A DNA stretch of 64,000 bases from the human T2T-CHM13v2.0 reference genome, Homo sapiens: NCBI RefSeq assembly GCF_009914755.1, contig NC_060933.1; one strand, 5' to 3'. Below are positions 37,480-51,654 of the stretch, one piece after another; position 1 is the first letter of the stretch, and every line of letters begins with the position of its first letter. The notes below the pieces were generated by a model. That model worked only from the letters and a program-made list of their open reading frames with translations, searched no databases and was not told where the DNA came from. A program made the position numbers and the translations under genes.

Positions 37480-37796
37480 GGCCTGGCACGGTGGCTCAAA
37501 CGTGTAATCCCAGCACTTTGGGAGTCTGACGCGGGCGGATCACTTGAGGTCAGGAGTTTGAGACCACCCTGGCCAATATGGTGAAACCCCATCTCTACTA
37601 AAAATACAACAAAATTAGCCGGGCCTGGTGGCACGTGCCTGTAATCCCAGCTACTTGCGAGGCTGAGGCAGGAGAATAGCTTGAACCCCGGGAGGCAGAG
37701 GTTGCAATGAGCCCAGATCACGCCACTGCACCCCAGTCTGGGCAGCAGGATGAGACTCCGTCTCAAAAAAACAAAAACAGAAACAAAAACAAAAAA
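37480..37796 (+). mobile_element. AluSx-like
   Basis: Full Alu; TSD aaaa(c)atagaattt. Confidence 0.92.
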
Positions 37797-39139
37797 CATA
37801 GAATTTGGATCCTTCGGTCAGGTTCTCCGAAATTCTTTTGAGGTGTCCATGGTCAACTGCTTCAGCTTTGTTTTGGTAACCCCCTGTCTGAAGTTGCATA
37901 CAGGCTGTTCTTCACCTTGTTTCCAAGGCTGAGGAACAGAAAGTAGCCTCTGTTTTGAAGAGGTGGAAGTTAAGTATACATTTATTTTTTACTGTGACTT
38001 GTTCAGGACCACATTTTACAAAATGCCTTGTTTCCTTTATTGTTTTTGCAAAGGAAAGTTCTATTAATATTGTTTTACTTTGAATATAGAATAGTCTTTT
38101 AAATTAGGGCTTATTTTGAAAAATTCTGACTTTAATTCAAATGTATGCCAATACCTTCCAAAGTAAGGTAATATTCAGAGACAGTTGTTTTGCTCAGAAG
38201 CTACAAATATTATTCTACCCATCTTTTTTGTTGACATATGACCTCACTTCTACAAATATGCCTCGGAGTAGCATGGTTGGATCATAAGGCAAGCATATGT
38301 TTAGCTTTAGTAGGTATTGCCAAACAGGTTTCCAAAATGATTGTAACACTTTCACTTCCTCCAGCAATATATGAGGTTTCCAGTTGCTTCACTTCCTCAC
38401 CAACACTTGATATTGTCAGTCATCTCAATTTTAGTAACTTGGTGGGTGTGTAGTAGTTTTAATTTGGTGGTTATATGGCTTTAATTTGCATTTCCCTGAT
38501 GACTAATGATACCATCAGGGAATCATTAGCTACTGGACATATGGATAGTGTGTTTTTTGAAGTCCTATTCAATTGTTTTGCTCATTTTAAAATTAGGTTG
38601 ATTTGTCTTTTTAATTGATTTATAGGAATTTTTATACATAATATTGTGAATATGACTCCTTTGTCACAGAGCAAAGTTTTTTCCAATCTGTGGCTTTTCT
38701 ACTCACTTTCATAATGGTGTCCTTTGATGAGCAGAAGGTCTTAATTGTAGTGAATAGCATTTCATTACTTTTATGGTTTGTGTCTTTCATATTCTGTATA
38801 AAATATTTTATCTATTTCAATATTATGAAAGTACTCTCCTATACTTTATCTCAGAAGCTTTATTGTCATGCTGTTTACATTTATATCTGTAATCTATCTC
38901 AAATTAATTTTTATGTATGGTGTAAGGTGGGGGAGTCAAAGTTGATTTGTTTTACAGATATAATTATTCCAACAGCATTTATTAAAAAGGGCATTGTTTC
39001 TACACTGAGACTTTTGTCACAATTCAGATGATAATACCTGTGTTGATTTATTCCATTGACTATATTTTCTATTCTTATGCTAACACCCACAGTATTTTGA
39101 TTACCTTTGCTATATAGTTAAGTTGACATCTGATAGTAA

Positions 39140-39762
39140 TGTTACTGGCAGTGAACCCATGTAGGTCTATAGAATCCTCAATTCTTGCCTCCTCAGAAGA
39201 AAGAATTCAACAGAGGAGCACAAGGCAGGAGAGACTGAGGAAAGTTTTAGAGCAAGAGTAAAAGTTTATTAAGAAACTTTAGAGCAGGAATGAAAGGAAG
39301 GAAAGACAGTACACTTGGAAGAGGACCAAGCGGGCGACTTGAAAGACAAGTGTGCGGTTTGACTTTTTGACGTTGTTTTACTTTGGCATACTTTGGTTTT
39401 ATGTTTAACTTTGGCTTTATATGTTGGCATACTTCCGGGGTCTTGCGTCACTTCTCCTTTGATTCTTCCCTTGGGTTGGGCTGTCTGCATGCACATGCTT
39501 GAGTCCACTTTCCCAACTCCAGGAAGCTGCTGATCACTAGTTTCAGGTGTTTTCTATGTAGCAGGAGATGGCCTTTCCCTGGCACTGGCTGTGACCAATT
39601 ATTATTTTAGAGAGACAGTTAACAACGGCCTGACCATTACTGACCATTACCTGATTGTCACCTGACATTCCTGATGTGTGTGGCAGGAGGTGGGGGGGAG
39701 TGTGAAGTCGGAGAGAGCCCTCTTCTACCCTGCTTATGCCTGATGAGCTACCTACTATAACA
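39140..39762 (-). mobile_element. MER50-like ERV1 solo LTR
   Basis: tgtta...taaca termini, cctcctcagaagaaagaattc, perfect 4-bp TSD gtaa (39136-39139, 39763-39766). Confidence 0.85.
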
Positions 39763-40150
39763 GTAAGACTTGCAATTTGCTCATTTTCTTCAAACCTATT
39801 TTGGCTATCCTAGGTTCTTTGTATTTCCAAATAGATTTTACAAACATTTTGTCATTTTCCATACAAAAAAACCTGTAGTGATTTTAACTGTGATAACATT
39901 GATTCCATGGATCAATTTGGGGAGGATTTACATTATTTTATATTTAATCTTCCAACTCATGTGTGTGCCATCTCTCTCCACTAGGTCTCTACTTTCTCTC
40001 AGCAATATTGTATAATTTTCAGTGTAGAGGGTTTTACATTTTTCATCAGATATATTCCTAGGTATGTGATATTTTTGAGTGCTATTGTAAATGGTTTATT
40101 TTTCTAAATTTTATTTTCTAGTTGTTTGTTGATAGTATAAGAAATAGAAT

Positions 40151-40425
40151 TAAGCAAATAACACAGGAACAGAAAACGAAATACCACAAATTTTTACTTA
40201 TAAGTAGGAGCTAAACATTGAGTCCACATTGACACAAAAAAAGGGAACAATGGGCACTGGGGCCTACTTGAAGGTGGAGGGTGGGAGGAGAGTGAGGATC
40301 TAAAAACTACCTTTGCCTAGTACCTGGGTGATAAAACGATCTTTGCACCAAACCCTCATGACATGCAATTTACCTGCATAAAAAACCTGCACATGTACCT
40401 CTGAAACTAAAATAAAAGTGAAAAA
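40151..40425 (+). mobile_element. L1PA13-16-like 3' end
   Basis: L1 3'UTR with G-tract; TSD aagaaa(ta/cg)gaatt. Confidence 0.8.
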
Positions 40426-43039
40426 AGAAACGGAATTGATTTTTGTATATTTACTTCATATCTAGCAACTTTGCTAAATTCATTTGTTTATAAATCTTTT
40501 GTATTATAATTTTTTAACTATAATATTTGTACCATCTGTTAATATACAAGTGTCACTTCATTTATCTTTATATAATTTATTTCTTTTTCTTTATTTCTCT
40601 GGCTAGGACCTCCAGTTCAATGTTGAATAGGATTGATGCTAACGGACATTTTTATCTTGTTCCTAACCAGAGGGAAAACCTATATTTCACCACTGAGTAT
40701 GATTTTAGTGTAGGTTTTTAACATATATGGTTCTTTTGTTTCTTAGTATAAACTATTTAAAGAGGGATGACTGTTGACGAGAAACACTTCTTCTGTTTTC
40801 TAGCAGTTTCTTTCACATGAAGGAAGCTCAGTTAGTTTAACTCCATGTCTTTCTTTGCTTTTGTTCACTTTGTCACAGGGATGGTGGAATAACTTATCTG
40901 CTTCATAAATCTGGGAGGAAAAGAGCAGGCATGTTCCTTTCAACTGCTCTCTTTATCTTTCTCTTAGGAATCCCCTGTACTTGCCCAGGATTCAGTGATG
41001 CTATGACAGGCAAGCCTACCTAGATCTGAGATTCAGCTAGCAGAGCTGGTCTTTCTGGCTCTGAAGCTAAGCTGCATCCTCCAACTTAACCTTTCATAGT
41101 CATGAAGTTGATATTTTAATTTCCTATCTGCCTTAATATTTGTTTTACTCTTCAGTTTGTTCAAGAGCCTGAATGCAGAAAGAGGTAGCTCTCACCACTT
41201 CTGAAACTTTAATAGCGGTATTAAGAGATACTTTTACCTTTATTAGTTTCATTATATTCAGTATTTTAAAATAAAACAAATTTTAAATAAACTAGTCACA
41301 AAGAAGCTTTAACATCTGTCAAAGAAATATATTTTTAAAGTATGATCTTCATGGGCCATTTAAGCCTCCTTCCTCTTCTGCTTATCCAGCTCTCTTTCCA
41401 TTACCCTTTCCTTCTCCATGTTCTTCCTGCTGTACCTTAGCCAAGCTTCATCCCTGACAGAAAGCTACACAGTACCCTTCCCTCTTTGAAGTCCTAGACT
41501 TTTTTCTCAGCACCATCAGATCGGCACAGCTAATTTCTCCTGTAGATCTTTCTTCCCTGGCTGGCCAAGGGTGAAGCCCTCCAAAGCCAAACCCCACAGG
41601 ATTGCTCCCTGGACTTACCACAGGAGTTCTACCACTTCTACATTCCCATAACATTCCTTGAATTAAATTAGTCCCTCAGGTCCTCTTTATCTTATCTTTG
41701 CATTGGGAATAATCATAGGATCAATCTCATAGAATACCTGTGAATATTGAAAGAGTTATTTGAATGTAAAAGCACTTAGACCAGTGAGTGCCTGGCTCTC
41801 AGTAAACTCCTATCACATGTTCACTATTCTTATTAGCTTATATTATTGCATTTATTGGGCTTTTAAATATGTTATTTTATACTTTTATCAGGATGTTTTG
41901 TGATAAAAATGTGACTTATTTTGCAACTTATTTTTTAAGCTTCATTAAAAACACATCTGGGTCTTGTGCTTTTCTTGCATTTCCTTTGTGCTAGTTGAAT
42001 TTGCTATCTGAAATACCACAGCAAAACAATAATATTGAAATTTCAGTGTTTTTTTTACCTGTGTTTCTGAAATACTATTAGTCTGATGCTTTTTGAAGTG
42101 TTGATATTCTAGATATAATAGATCTATCTTTATCATACAGAGATTTTACTTCTTTGAGTATTTGGAGAAAGAGATAAAGAAAGCTTCCCTCAAAAAAATA
42201 GAATGTAACTAATTTGGTCTCTGAAAATCTGGGTTAGTGTCCTGGCTACTGCATTTATTTATCAGGTGGGTGATTTTCATTTCTGATTCTGTTTCCCTAC
42301 GTCAATGAAATGGAAACAATGATGCCTCATTTTAAATGCAGCATTTAGTTTTCTCCTGCATTTCAATATTCAGATTAAAAATACCAAAACAATTGTATTT
42401 ACTTAATAAAAATACTATTTAAAAATAGTCAAACCACTATTATACTATAAATTGACTTTGTAATCACTGGTGTGTATGTGCTTGTATATGTGTGCGTATA
42501 TGACATTGTTGAGTTAGTAACTGCACAACAGAGTGTGGACCAAAAGAAGGTTCTCTATAGATAGTAATAGGTGCTGCTGGATGGAATAGGGGTTACAAAT
42601 AGACAGAAACTTGCAAAACTGGTCAATATTTACAGAGTGGTAATCAGTTGCATCACATGGGACACAACTTGCATATTTACGGACAAGAATTATTTGCATT
42701 ACTATCTATTTTCTGCAACTTTCAGGGCTGTAAAACAAATCCCAGAGCCAATGAAAGCATAAAATAACCAAAATTAATGAGCTAGTCAGTACTCTCACTA
42801 AATTTCAAAGTCTCACAATTTTTCCCTATACTACATGTTTACTCAAATAGAACACTATTCTTATTAATCCTTTATTTAAAAGAGGGCTTGAGTTAATTAT
42901 TTAAAAATATATGCCTATGTAGCTCATTTAAGGAGTATTTGGGTACAATATTTTTGCTTGGAAAAGAGCTTGAACCAAGAGGACAAAATTTCGGATAGAA
43001 ATTTTTTTAAAGGTAATTGCAGCTTCTATTCAAATCAAG

Positions 43040-46000
43040 GGATGTGGAGCAAGATGGCAGAATAGGAGGCTCCAATGATTGTCCTCCCCACAGGGACGCC
43101 AATTTAACAACTATCTACACACCAAAAAATACCTTTGTTAGAACCAAAAATCAGGTGAGTACTCACAGTACCTGGTTCTAACTTCAAATTGCTGAAAGAG
43201 GCACTCAGGAGATAGAAAAAACAGCTCTGAATTGCTGATGTCACCCCTCCCCCACCCTGCAGCAGCCGTGGTGTGGAGAGTTTCTCTGGGTGCTGGGGGA
43301 GGGAGAGCACAGCAATTGTGAGGCAATTGAACTCAGTGCTGTCTTGTTAGAGCAGAAAGGAAAACTGGACAAAAATCAGCTGATGCCCACCCACCGAGGA
43401 AGCATTTAAACCAGCCCTAGCCAGAGTGGAATCACGAATCTTAGCAGTCCAAACTGGAGTTCCTGCAAACCTCACCACTGAGGGCTACAGTGCTCTGTGT
43501 CTCCAAGTAAACTTGAAAGGCAGTCTAGGCCATAAGGCCTGCAACTCTTAGGTGAGTCCTAGTGCCAAACTGGGGCCAGAGACAGCGGACTGGGTGGCAT
43601 GTGACATAGAGACACCAGCTGCATCAGCCAAGGGAGTGCTGGCATCACCCTTCCCCTAGACCCAGGCTGCACACCTCCTGGCTCCAGAAGAGACCCCTTC
43701 CTTCTGCTTGAGGAGAGGAGAGGAAAGAATAAGAAGGACTTTGTCTTGCATATTGGATAGCAGCTTAGCCACAGCAGGAGAGGGCACCAGACAGAGTTGT
43801 GAGGTCCTTGTCCCGGGCCCTAGCTCTCAGATGACATTTATAGGCATACCCTGGGCCAGAAGGGAACCCAGTGCCTTGAAGGAAAGGACACAGTCCTGGC
43901 AGAATTCATCATCTGCTAACTGAAGAGCTCTTGAGTCCTGAATAAACATCAGTGATGTCCAGGTACTACTTTGAGGGCCTAGGGTAAGCCTCTGGGACTT
44001 GCTGGGTTCAGGTGAGACTCAGCACATTACCAGCTGAGGTGGATATGGGGCAAAACTCCTTCTGCTTGAGAAAAGCAGAGGGAAAAGTAAAGGGGACTTG
44101 TCTTGCACCTTAGATACTAGCAGTTGGGTAGAGCACCAAGTGGGATCCTGGGGTCCCCGATTCCAGGACTTGATTCTTGGATGGTGTTTATGGACCTGCC
44201 CTGGGTCAGAGGAGAGCCCACTGCCCTGATGAGTGAGTCCCAGGCCAGGCAGCATGCACCACAAGCTGACTTAAGAAAACTTTGGCAGTAGTCTGGCAGT
44301 ACTCCTCGTGGCCTGGGGTGGTGGTGGCTACTGGGTGGGGCTCCCCTATCTTTGGAAAGGAGAGGGAAGCATGGAAAGTACTGTGTCTTGTGGTTTGAGT
44401 GTCAGCTCAGCTACAGTACAATAGAACACCAGACAGACATCTGTGGTTTTTGACTCTGATTCCTGGACGGCACCTCTGCACTCATCTGGGGCTTGGGGGA
44501 CCTCACCACCCTGAAGGGAAGGATGCAGGCCTGGCTGGCTTTGCCACCAGCTGCTTGTAGAGCTTCAAGTTCTTGAACAAACATAAGCAGTAACCAGGGA
44601 GTGGTTTCAGCAGGCCTTGGGCAAGACCCAGTGCTGTGCTGGCTTCAGGTCTGACCCAGCGCAGTCATAGTGGTGGTGGCCTCAGGGGTGCTTGTGTCAC
44701 TCCAGCCCCAGCTTTAGGTGGCTCAGAACAGAGAGACCATGTTTATTTGGGAAAAAGTAAAGGAAGAGAACAAGAGTCTCTGCCTGGTAATCTACAGAAT
44801 TCTCCTGGATCTTGTCCAAGACCATCAAGGCAGTACCTTTAGGAGTATGGAAGAACCACAGTGTTACTGGGCTTGGGGTGCCCCCTAAAGCAGATACGGC
44901 TTAGATTATAACACCCAAGTCCTTTCAAATATCTGAAAAACCTTCCCAAGAAGATATGTACAAATAAGCACAGACAGTGAAGACTACAATAAATACCTAA
45001 TTCTTTAGTGCCCAGACACTACAAAATATCTGCTAGTATCAACACCATCCAGGAAAATATGACCTCACCAAATGAACTAATAAGTCACCAGGGACCAATC
45101 CTGGAGAAACAGAGATATGTAACCTTTCAGACAGAGAATTCAAAATAGCTGTGTAGAGGAAACTCAAAGAGATTCAAAATAATGCAAAGAAGGAATTCAG
45201 AATTCTATCAGATAAATTTAACAAAAAGATTAAAATAATTAAAAAGAATCAAGTAGAAATTCTGGAGCTGAAAAAATGCAATTGGCATACTGAAGAATGC
45301 ATCAGAGTCCCTTAATAGCAGATCTTATCAAGAAGAAGAAAGAATTAGCAAGCTTGAAGATAGGCTATTGGAAAATATAATACACAGATGAGACAAAAGA
45401 AAAAAGAATAAAAAACAATGACACATGCCTAAAGATCTAGAAAGTAGCCTCAAAAGAGCAAATCTAAGAGTTATTGGCCTTAAAGAGGAGTTAGAGAAAG
45501 AGATACGGGTAGAAAGTTTATTAAAAGAGATATTAACAGAGGAAGTCAAACTATTGCTATTTGCTGATGACATGGTTGTGTACCTAGAAAACCATAAAGA
45601 CTCATCCAAAAAGCTCCTAGAATTGGTAAATGAATTCAGCAAAGTTTCAGGATACAAAATTAATTAATGTACACAAATCAGTAGTCCTGCTATACACCAA
45701 CAATGACAAAACTGAGAATCAAATCAAGAAATCAATCCCTTTTATAATAGCTGCAAACAAACAAACAAACAAACAAAAAAACAACAACTTAGGAATATAC
45801 GTCACCAAGGAAGTGAAAGACCTCTACACGGAAAACTACAAAACACTGCAGAAAGAAATCATAGACACAGCACTGTTTACAATAGCTAAGATTTGAAAGC
45901 AACCTAAGTGTCCATCAACAGATGAATAGATAAAGAAAATGTGGTATATATACACAATGGAGTACTATTCAGCAATAAAAAAGAACGAGATTCTGTCATT

Positions 46001-46490
46001 TGTAACAACATGGATGGAACTGAAGATCATTATGTTAAATGAAATAAGACAGGCACAGAAAGACACACATCACATGTTATCACTTATTTGTGGGGTCTAA
46101 AAGTCAAGACAATTGAATTCACAGACATAGAGAGTAGAAGGATGGTTACCAGCTGCTGGGAAGAGTAGTGAGGGGCTGAAAGGTAGGTGGGGAATAGTTA
46201 ATGAGTAAAAAAAAGAAAAAATAGAAAGAATGAATAAGAACTACTATTTGATAGTACAACAAGGTGACTTTAGTCAGTAATAACTTACCTGTACATTTAA
46301 AAATAAACAGTATAATTGAATTGTTTGTAACTCAAAGGATATATGCTTGAGGGGATGGATACCCCATTTCCTATGATAAGCTTATTTCACATTGCATGCC
46401 TGTATCAAAACTTCTCATGTACTTCATAAATACATACACCTACTATGTACCCACAACAACTAAAAATTTTAAAAAGAGAAAATAAATATA
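43040..46490 (+). mobile_element. L1MA2-like element: 5'UTR, partial ORF1, short RT patch, 3' end
   Basis: gagcaagatggcagaatagg 5' end; ORF1 [13 protein letters not shown]; FADD RT motif ~45560; L1MA 3'UTR acacctactatgtacccaca. Confidence 0.85.
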
Positions 46491-46780
46491 TAAATGAAAT
46501 CTACTGTTAAAAAGTAAATATTTCATAAGTATCTACCATGTTAGATGAATAATAATGATACCTTGCCTTTATCAGGCATATCCCATACTTATCCACCCAC
46601 AGTGTTGTGGTTTGGCCCTGTGTTTGAGCAGAGAGCAAACTCATAGGATACCTGTGAATATTAAAATTATGTCTGATAGTATATTTTCAGAAGTCTGGGT
46701 AATTCAGTCTAGAGAATAGCTATATATGAGGTTTTGTGATTTATTAGAATCCACTTAAGTTCCCTTTTTTCATATCCTTC

Positions 46781-47100
46781 TTTTTTTATTTTTATTTTTT
46801 ATTTTAGATGGAGTTTCGCTGTTGTTGTCTGGGCTGGAGTGCAATGGCGCAATCTCGCCTCACTTCATTGCATCCTCTGCCTCCTGGGTTCAAGTGATTC
46901 TCCTGCCTCAGCCTCCCAAGTAGCTGGGATTACAGGCGTGCGCCACCATGCTTTGCTAATTTTGTATTTTTTTTTTTTTTAGTAGAGATGAGGTTTCACC
47001 ATGTTGGTCAGGCTAGTCTCAAACTCCTGACCTCAAGTGATCCACCTGCCTCGGCCTCCTAAAGTGCTGGGATTACAGATGTGAGCCACTGTGCCCGGCC
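46781..47100 (-). mobile_element. AluS
   Basis: Antisense Alu; TSD tcatatcctt. Confidence 0.92.
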
Positions 47101-47680
47101 TCATATCCTTTTAAGGCACCATCTGGTCTCTTCTAAACTCCCTTGAGTGGTTGATTGAAGAAAAACATCTAAGAACAAATAATTTTCTTGGAACAGTACA
47201 TTCTAAGTCTATATTTTAGAGACATTTTGATTAAAATTATTTTCATTATTATGAAGACATTCAAATCCTCACATGTCTCTGGTTTACTGGTTGTAAAGAA
47301 AAAAATCCTCACATCTCTAACCTCCTTATTTTAAAACATGATCTTTTTGGAAGCTATTCCTTTCTCACTGCTTTTGGTGGATTTGCCTCTGAGGCCTTTT
47401 CTTTTTTAAGTTTACTACTTCTTCATATTGTTGGATAGATATTATCAAGTCCATGGTCAAAAATCATGCATTAGCCCATGGAATCCCTTAGCACTCAGAG
47501 GCATGTTCTATACATGATTCCAACAAAGTTGGTACTCCCCTCTCACAGCTGACAATATTGAAAAGGTCAGATAGACAGTGATCATATGGTTCTCTTTGTG
47601 GGAAAATTTATGATGTATGTGTGTGTGTGTGTTGTAAGTGTGTATATCTAAACATACCTGGAGTCACCAGCAATATATAG

Positions 47681-47862
47681 CAGGTCCATCAGACATTTTC
47701 TGTAAACAGCTCCTGGACTCTGGGGCAGCTACTCAACTCTGCCATCACAGCATAAAACCAGCCATAGACTGTACATAAATGAATGAATGTGGCTGTGTTC
47801 CAATAAAACTTTATTTACAAAAGTAGGCAGAGTCGCCTGAGGTTGTAGTTTAGTGATCTCAG
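47681..47862 (+). mobile_element. MER58A hAT MITE
   Basis: ctactcaactctgcc, gccatagac, ggctgtgttccaataaaactttatttacaaaa. Confidence 0.85.
47810..47815 (-). terminator. TNFSF8: AATAAA poly(A) signal for the TNFSF8 distal terminal exon
   Basis: tttatt on + strand, ~715 nt downstream of the alternative stop, inside MER58A. Confidence 0.65.
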
Positions 47863-48529
47863 AATATAGTATAGTTCTAGACAAGAAATCAGAATACCAG
47901 GTGCTCCCACTCTCAGTTCTGCTTCTTCCCAGTTGAGTACACAGCTTAGTTCTCTCTTGTACTATTTGAAAGAATAGTGGTGTAAACTTTAAAGCACTAT
48001 GCAGACATCTAAGATGGTATTCATTTAATCTTTCATTTAATCAAGAAATATATATCAAATGCCTGCTGTGTCAAAAACTTTCCTAGAACAACAAAGTGAT
48101 TGTAGATAAGAATGAGTCACCTAAACATTGGAAAAGGTACCAATAATGGGCTGTTGCATGATTGTCAGGTTGGGGTCATAGGGTAAGATGACAGCCTGAG
48201 AGGTGGGAGTGGGGTTTTCCCCTGAAGGGAATTGATGTTCACACAGTCATACATTTTGGGAAGTGATTAATTCTGGGAAGGAAATGAGTTGGCACTTTGA
48301 GTAGGGGGTGGTCAGACTTTTTTCTCTCTCTGGGGCCAGGAAGTATTGGGCCACGATTCCAAATCATGGACAGGTCTAGATGATTCTGTTTGTGGGGGGT
48401 GAACCGTTTCCTGGCTATGTCGGTTTAGGCCCAGAGTGACTGGTACCATCAAGTTCATGACTTTCCACTTAGCAGTGACAGTGACCCAGGGTAGAAGCAG
48501 TTCTTGTCTGCAGCAACCAGCATCAAGGT

Positions 48530-48615
48530 TCAGGGTTGTAGAGTTTCAAGGCAGCAGTGTCCCTTCCCAGAGTCCAGGGTAGAGTGTGAATGGTGGAGGA
48601 TCATGCCACAGTAAT
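48530..48615 (-). CDS. TNFSF8: TNFSF8 alternative terminal coding exon: (D)YCGMILHHSHSTLDSGKGHCCLETLQP*
   Basis: Acceptor ttattctttcttccag|ATTAC at 48615. Phase 1 matches the internal donor CCTG|gtttgt at 58677. Open 28 codons to TGA 48532-48530. Matches my recollection of the annotated short CD30L isoform C-terminus. Confidence 0.8.
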
Positions 48616-48934
48616 CTGGAAGAAAGAATAACTTTACTTTGTAGATATCGGCAGGAGAGATGTGATACATTTTGACGTTGTTGTTACTCAGAAGCCCACA
48701 GTTTAGCAGGGAGGCAAATGTACAATCATGCTGTCATAGTGAGTGTAGTAAATTTTTAGACAGAAGTGAGAATATCAAGGTCCAGGTTGCATGTCTAATT
48801 TAGCCTGGGAATGGTTCTTGAGCAATAATGTCTGAGTTGAAATTTTATGAATGAGGTCAAATTAACAAGATGTGAATGAAGGGCAAGGACCTTGTGGACA
48901 AAGGAATCAGCAGGCACCAGGTCAAGTAGCCTCA

Positions 48935-49195
48935 GGGTAGTGCAGTGTAGTGTGGTTAGAAATATAGCTCTGGAGCCAAACTGCAGTGGTTACATCTTAG
49001 CTCTTCAGCTCATGAGCTGCTGAAACTTAGACATACTTAAGCATTTCTTCGAGCCTCTGTTTCCTCATCTGCAACATGGGAATGGTCATCTCTATCTCAT
49101 AAGGGTGAGATGCAGTAGACTACAGTATTTGAAGGCTTCCATGTGGTGCCTGAAACCTGGCAAGCAAGCGTTCAGTAAGTGATAGTAATTATATC
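48935..49195 (+). mobile_element. MIR
   Basis: gtagtgtggttagaaatatagctctggagcc...gagcctctgtttcctcatctg. Confidence 0.75.
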
Positions 49196-51345
49196 TATTT
49201 ACGTAACATAAAGCGGTTTAAGTAAACACATCAAAGTAATGAATGAGGAGGATGAAAAGACCAGATGCAATTGAGGACTGTGTGAGTGTATGAATGTAAT
49301 GTTGGTGGTAGAAATGAAGCCTCCTTCAGTGTTTTCTTGCTGTTTACTCATCCCATTGTATTGATCCTGTGATGGATTGTGACCTTTCTTCCCTTGAGTA
49401 CTGTGCCATGCGCTGACTGCATCAGGCCAGCTGGTAAAATGAGACTCATTGTGAGAACGGAAGGCATAGTCAGAATGTCAAGGAGGTTAGGTCATCTGCG
49501 TCCCTAGCAATGGAAAGGAAATGATGAAATACTTCAGCTGGTTTTTGTTTGGAGCCTCCTGGTTGTGAAGGAGGATCAGCCTTCAAATCAGCTTGTTCCT
49601 GACTAGTTTAGCTGATATCCCTGCCTGGTAATTCCCTCTTCCTGTTGCAAGTGAAATCTAAACATTTCCTGAGTGCTGACTTTGTGTAGGACACTGATTT
49701 GGGTGCTGGGATTTGGAGATGGATTCTTCTTGTCTTCTAAGTGCTCATTTCTAAGTGAGAAAAGTGTTCATTTGCAGTGCAATCAGTGCTGCTTCTAGAG
49801 AGGCACAGGGAGAGGACCTTGATACTGCATCTCGCAAACAGTCAGTTGGTTATCTAGTCCAGTTTTCCCTGCAGGATGAAACCATCCTTTGAGAGTTGGC
49901 CTGACAGAGACCTTTGTTGATCCAATGGCTGGCTTTTCTGAATGCAGATGGGAATAGGCTTCAGTGGATTTGAGGAACTTTCACTTTTCTCAAACTTGCA
50001 TTGATTCATTTTTTCCTACTCCTCTCCCCAAGGTCTAACTCCTTCACAGACACTGAATATGATAAAATACCCCAAGAGTTGTACACTTTCCAAGCTTATT
50101 CTATGTGTTTGTTCTCCCAACAGCTTCCCATTGTACAGCTGAGAAAATTTAAGTTTACAAAGTCCATGTGACTTGCCAAGGTCATAGAGTTAGTAATTGC
50201 TTCAGCTCAGATTGAAACTGGCTTCCAGTTGCCAAGGCCACTATTCTTTCCCATCTGCCACCCTCAGACTTGTTTTTTTCTCTTTCCTTGGCTATAGGGA
50301 AAGTACAGCCCCCATAGAAGTTTCTAAACTGCATCCAAAGCTTTCAACATGTTGTCCAGATTATTCCTAGTGTTGCCCAATATTCCCAAGGGAGACAGTT
50401 GGATCAAAAGCAGTTGTTAAAAATTCAGTGGTGATCATTACAAATGAATACCATCACGTTGACTTGATGGTTTTGTAGTGTTTAGACCCTCACATTTGCA
50501 TAAGCAGCAGACAAGGAAGACCAAGCCAATTCATGAAAGTCCACTTGGGGGAAACAGAGAAACATAACGGATTACCAGCAATCTTCTCCACTTACCAGAA
50601 AAAGTCAACCAACTAGTGTTCTTCAGATTGTAAGGTGCACCTGAATCTCTTGGATCATATTAAAATGCAGATTCTGTTCCAGTTTTTAGGTATGTATGAG
50701 ATGCCTGCATTTTTAACAAGCTCTCTGGTGATACCAGGCACCAGGACATAACAGCAAAGATTTAAACCACTGACTCTTAATATTTGGCTTAAATTTGGGA
50801 GCTTAAAATAATCCTGATGCCTGGGTTCTAAATCCAGAGATTCTAATTTAATTGCTCTAGGAAGTGGCCTGGGATTTCAGGATTCTAAGGTATACCAAGG
50901 TTTGATTTAAACTTTCTAGTGTATTTCAAAATATCTAGAAGAGAGGATTTTGAATGTTCTCACCTCAAAGAAATAACTGTTTAAAGTAAGGGATATGTTC
51001 ACTATTGCACAATGTATACATGTATTGAAATATCACACTGTGCTACCTAAATATGTACACTATTTTTGTGTCAATCAAAAATAAAATAAAACTTAAAAAA
51101 CTTTCTAAGGTTAATCTCACTATTTCTAATCACAAAATGACTAGAATAGCATATAGATATCTCAGAGATAGGAAGGGTGATGGATTCTACAGCAAATATA
51201 CCACACCTTGCTCAGAAAAGGGGTTCAATAAAGTAAGCAAAGATTTATTTTTTTTTCCTTCCATGTTCTCAGATGGCACAGGTAGATTCTGCTTTCTAAA
51301 AATTTCACCTTTCTCTAATAGGCATTCTTATCTCCTGAGCCCTGA

Positions 51346-51654
<309 letters not shown>

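Larger units (their letters stand above)
38200..40720 (-). mobile_element. Old L1M(D/E) fragment hosting MER50 and an L1PA piece
   Basis: ttaatttgcatttccctgatgactaatgat, ctggctaggacctccagttcaatgttgaatag. Confidence 0.75.
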
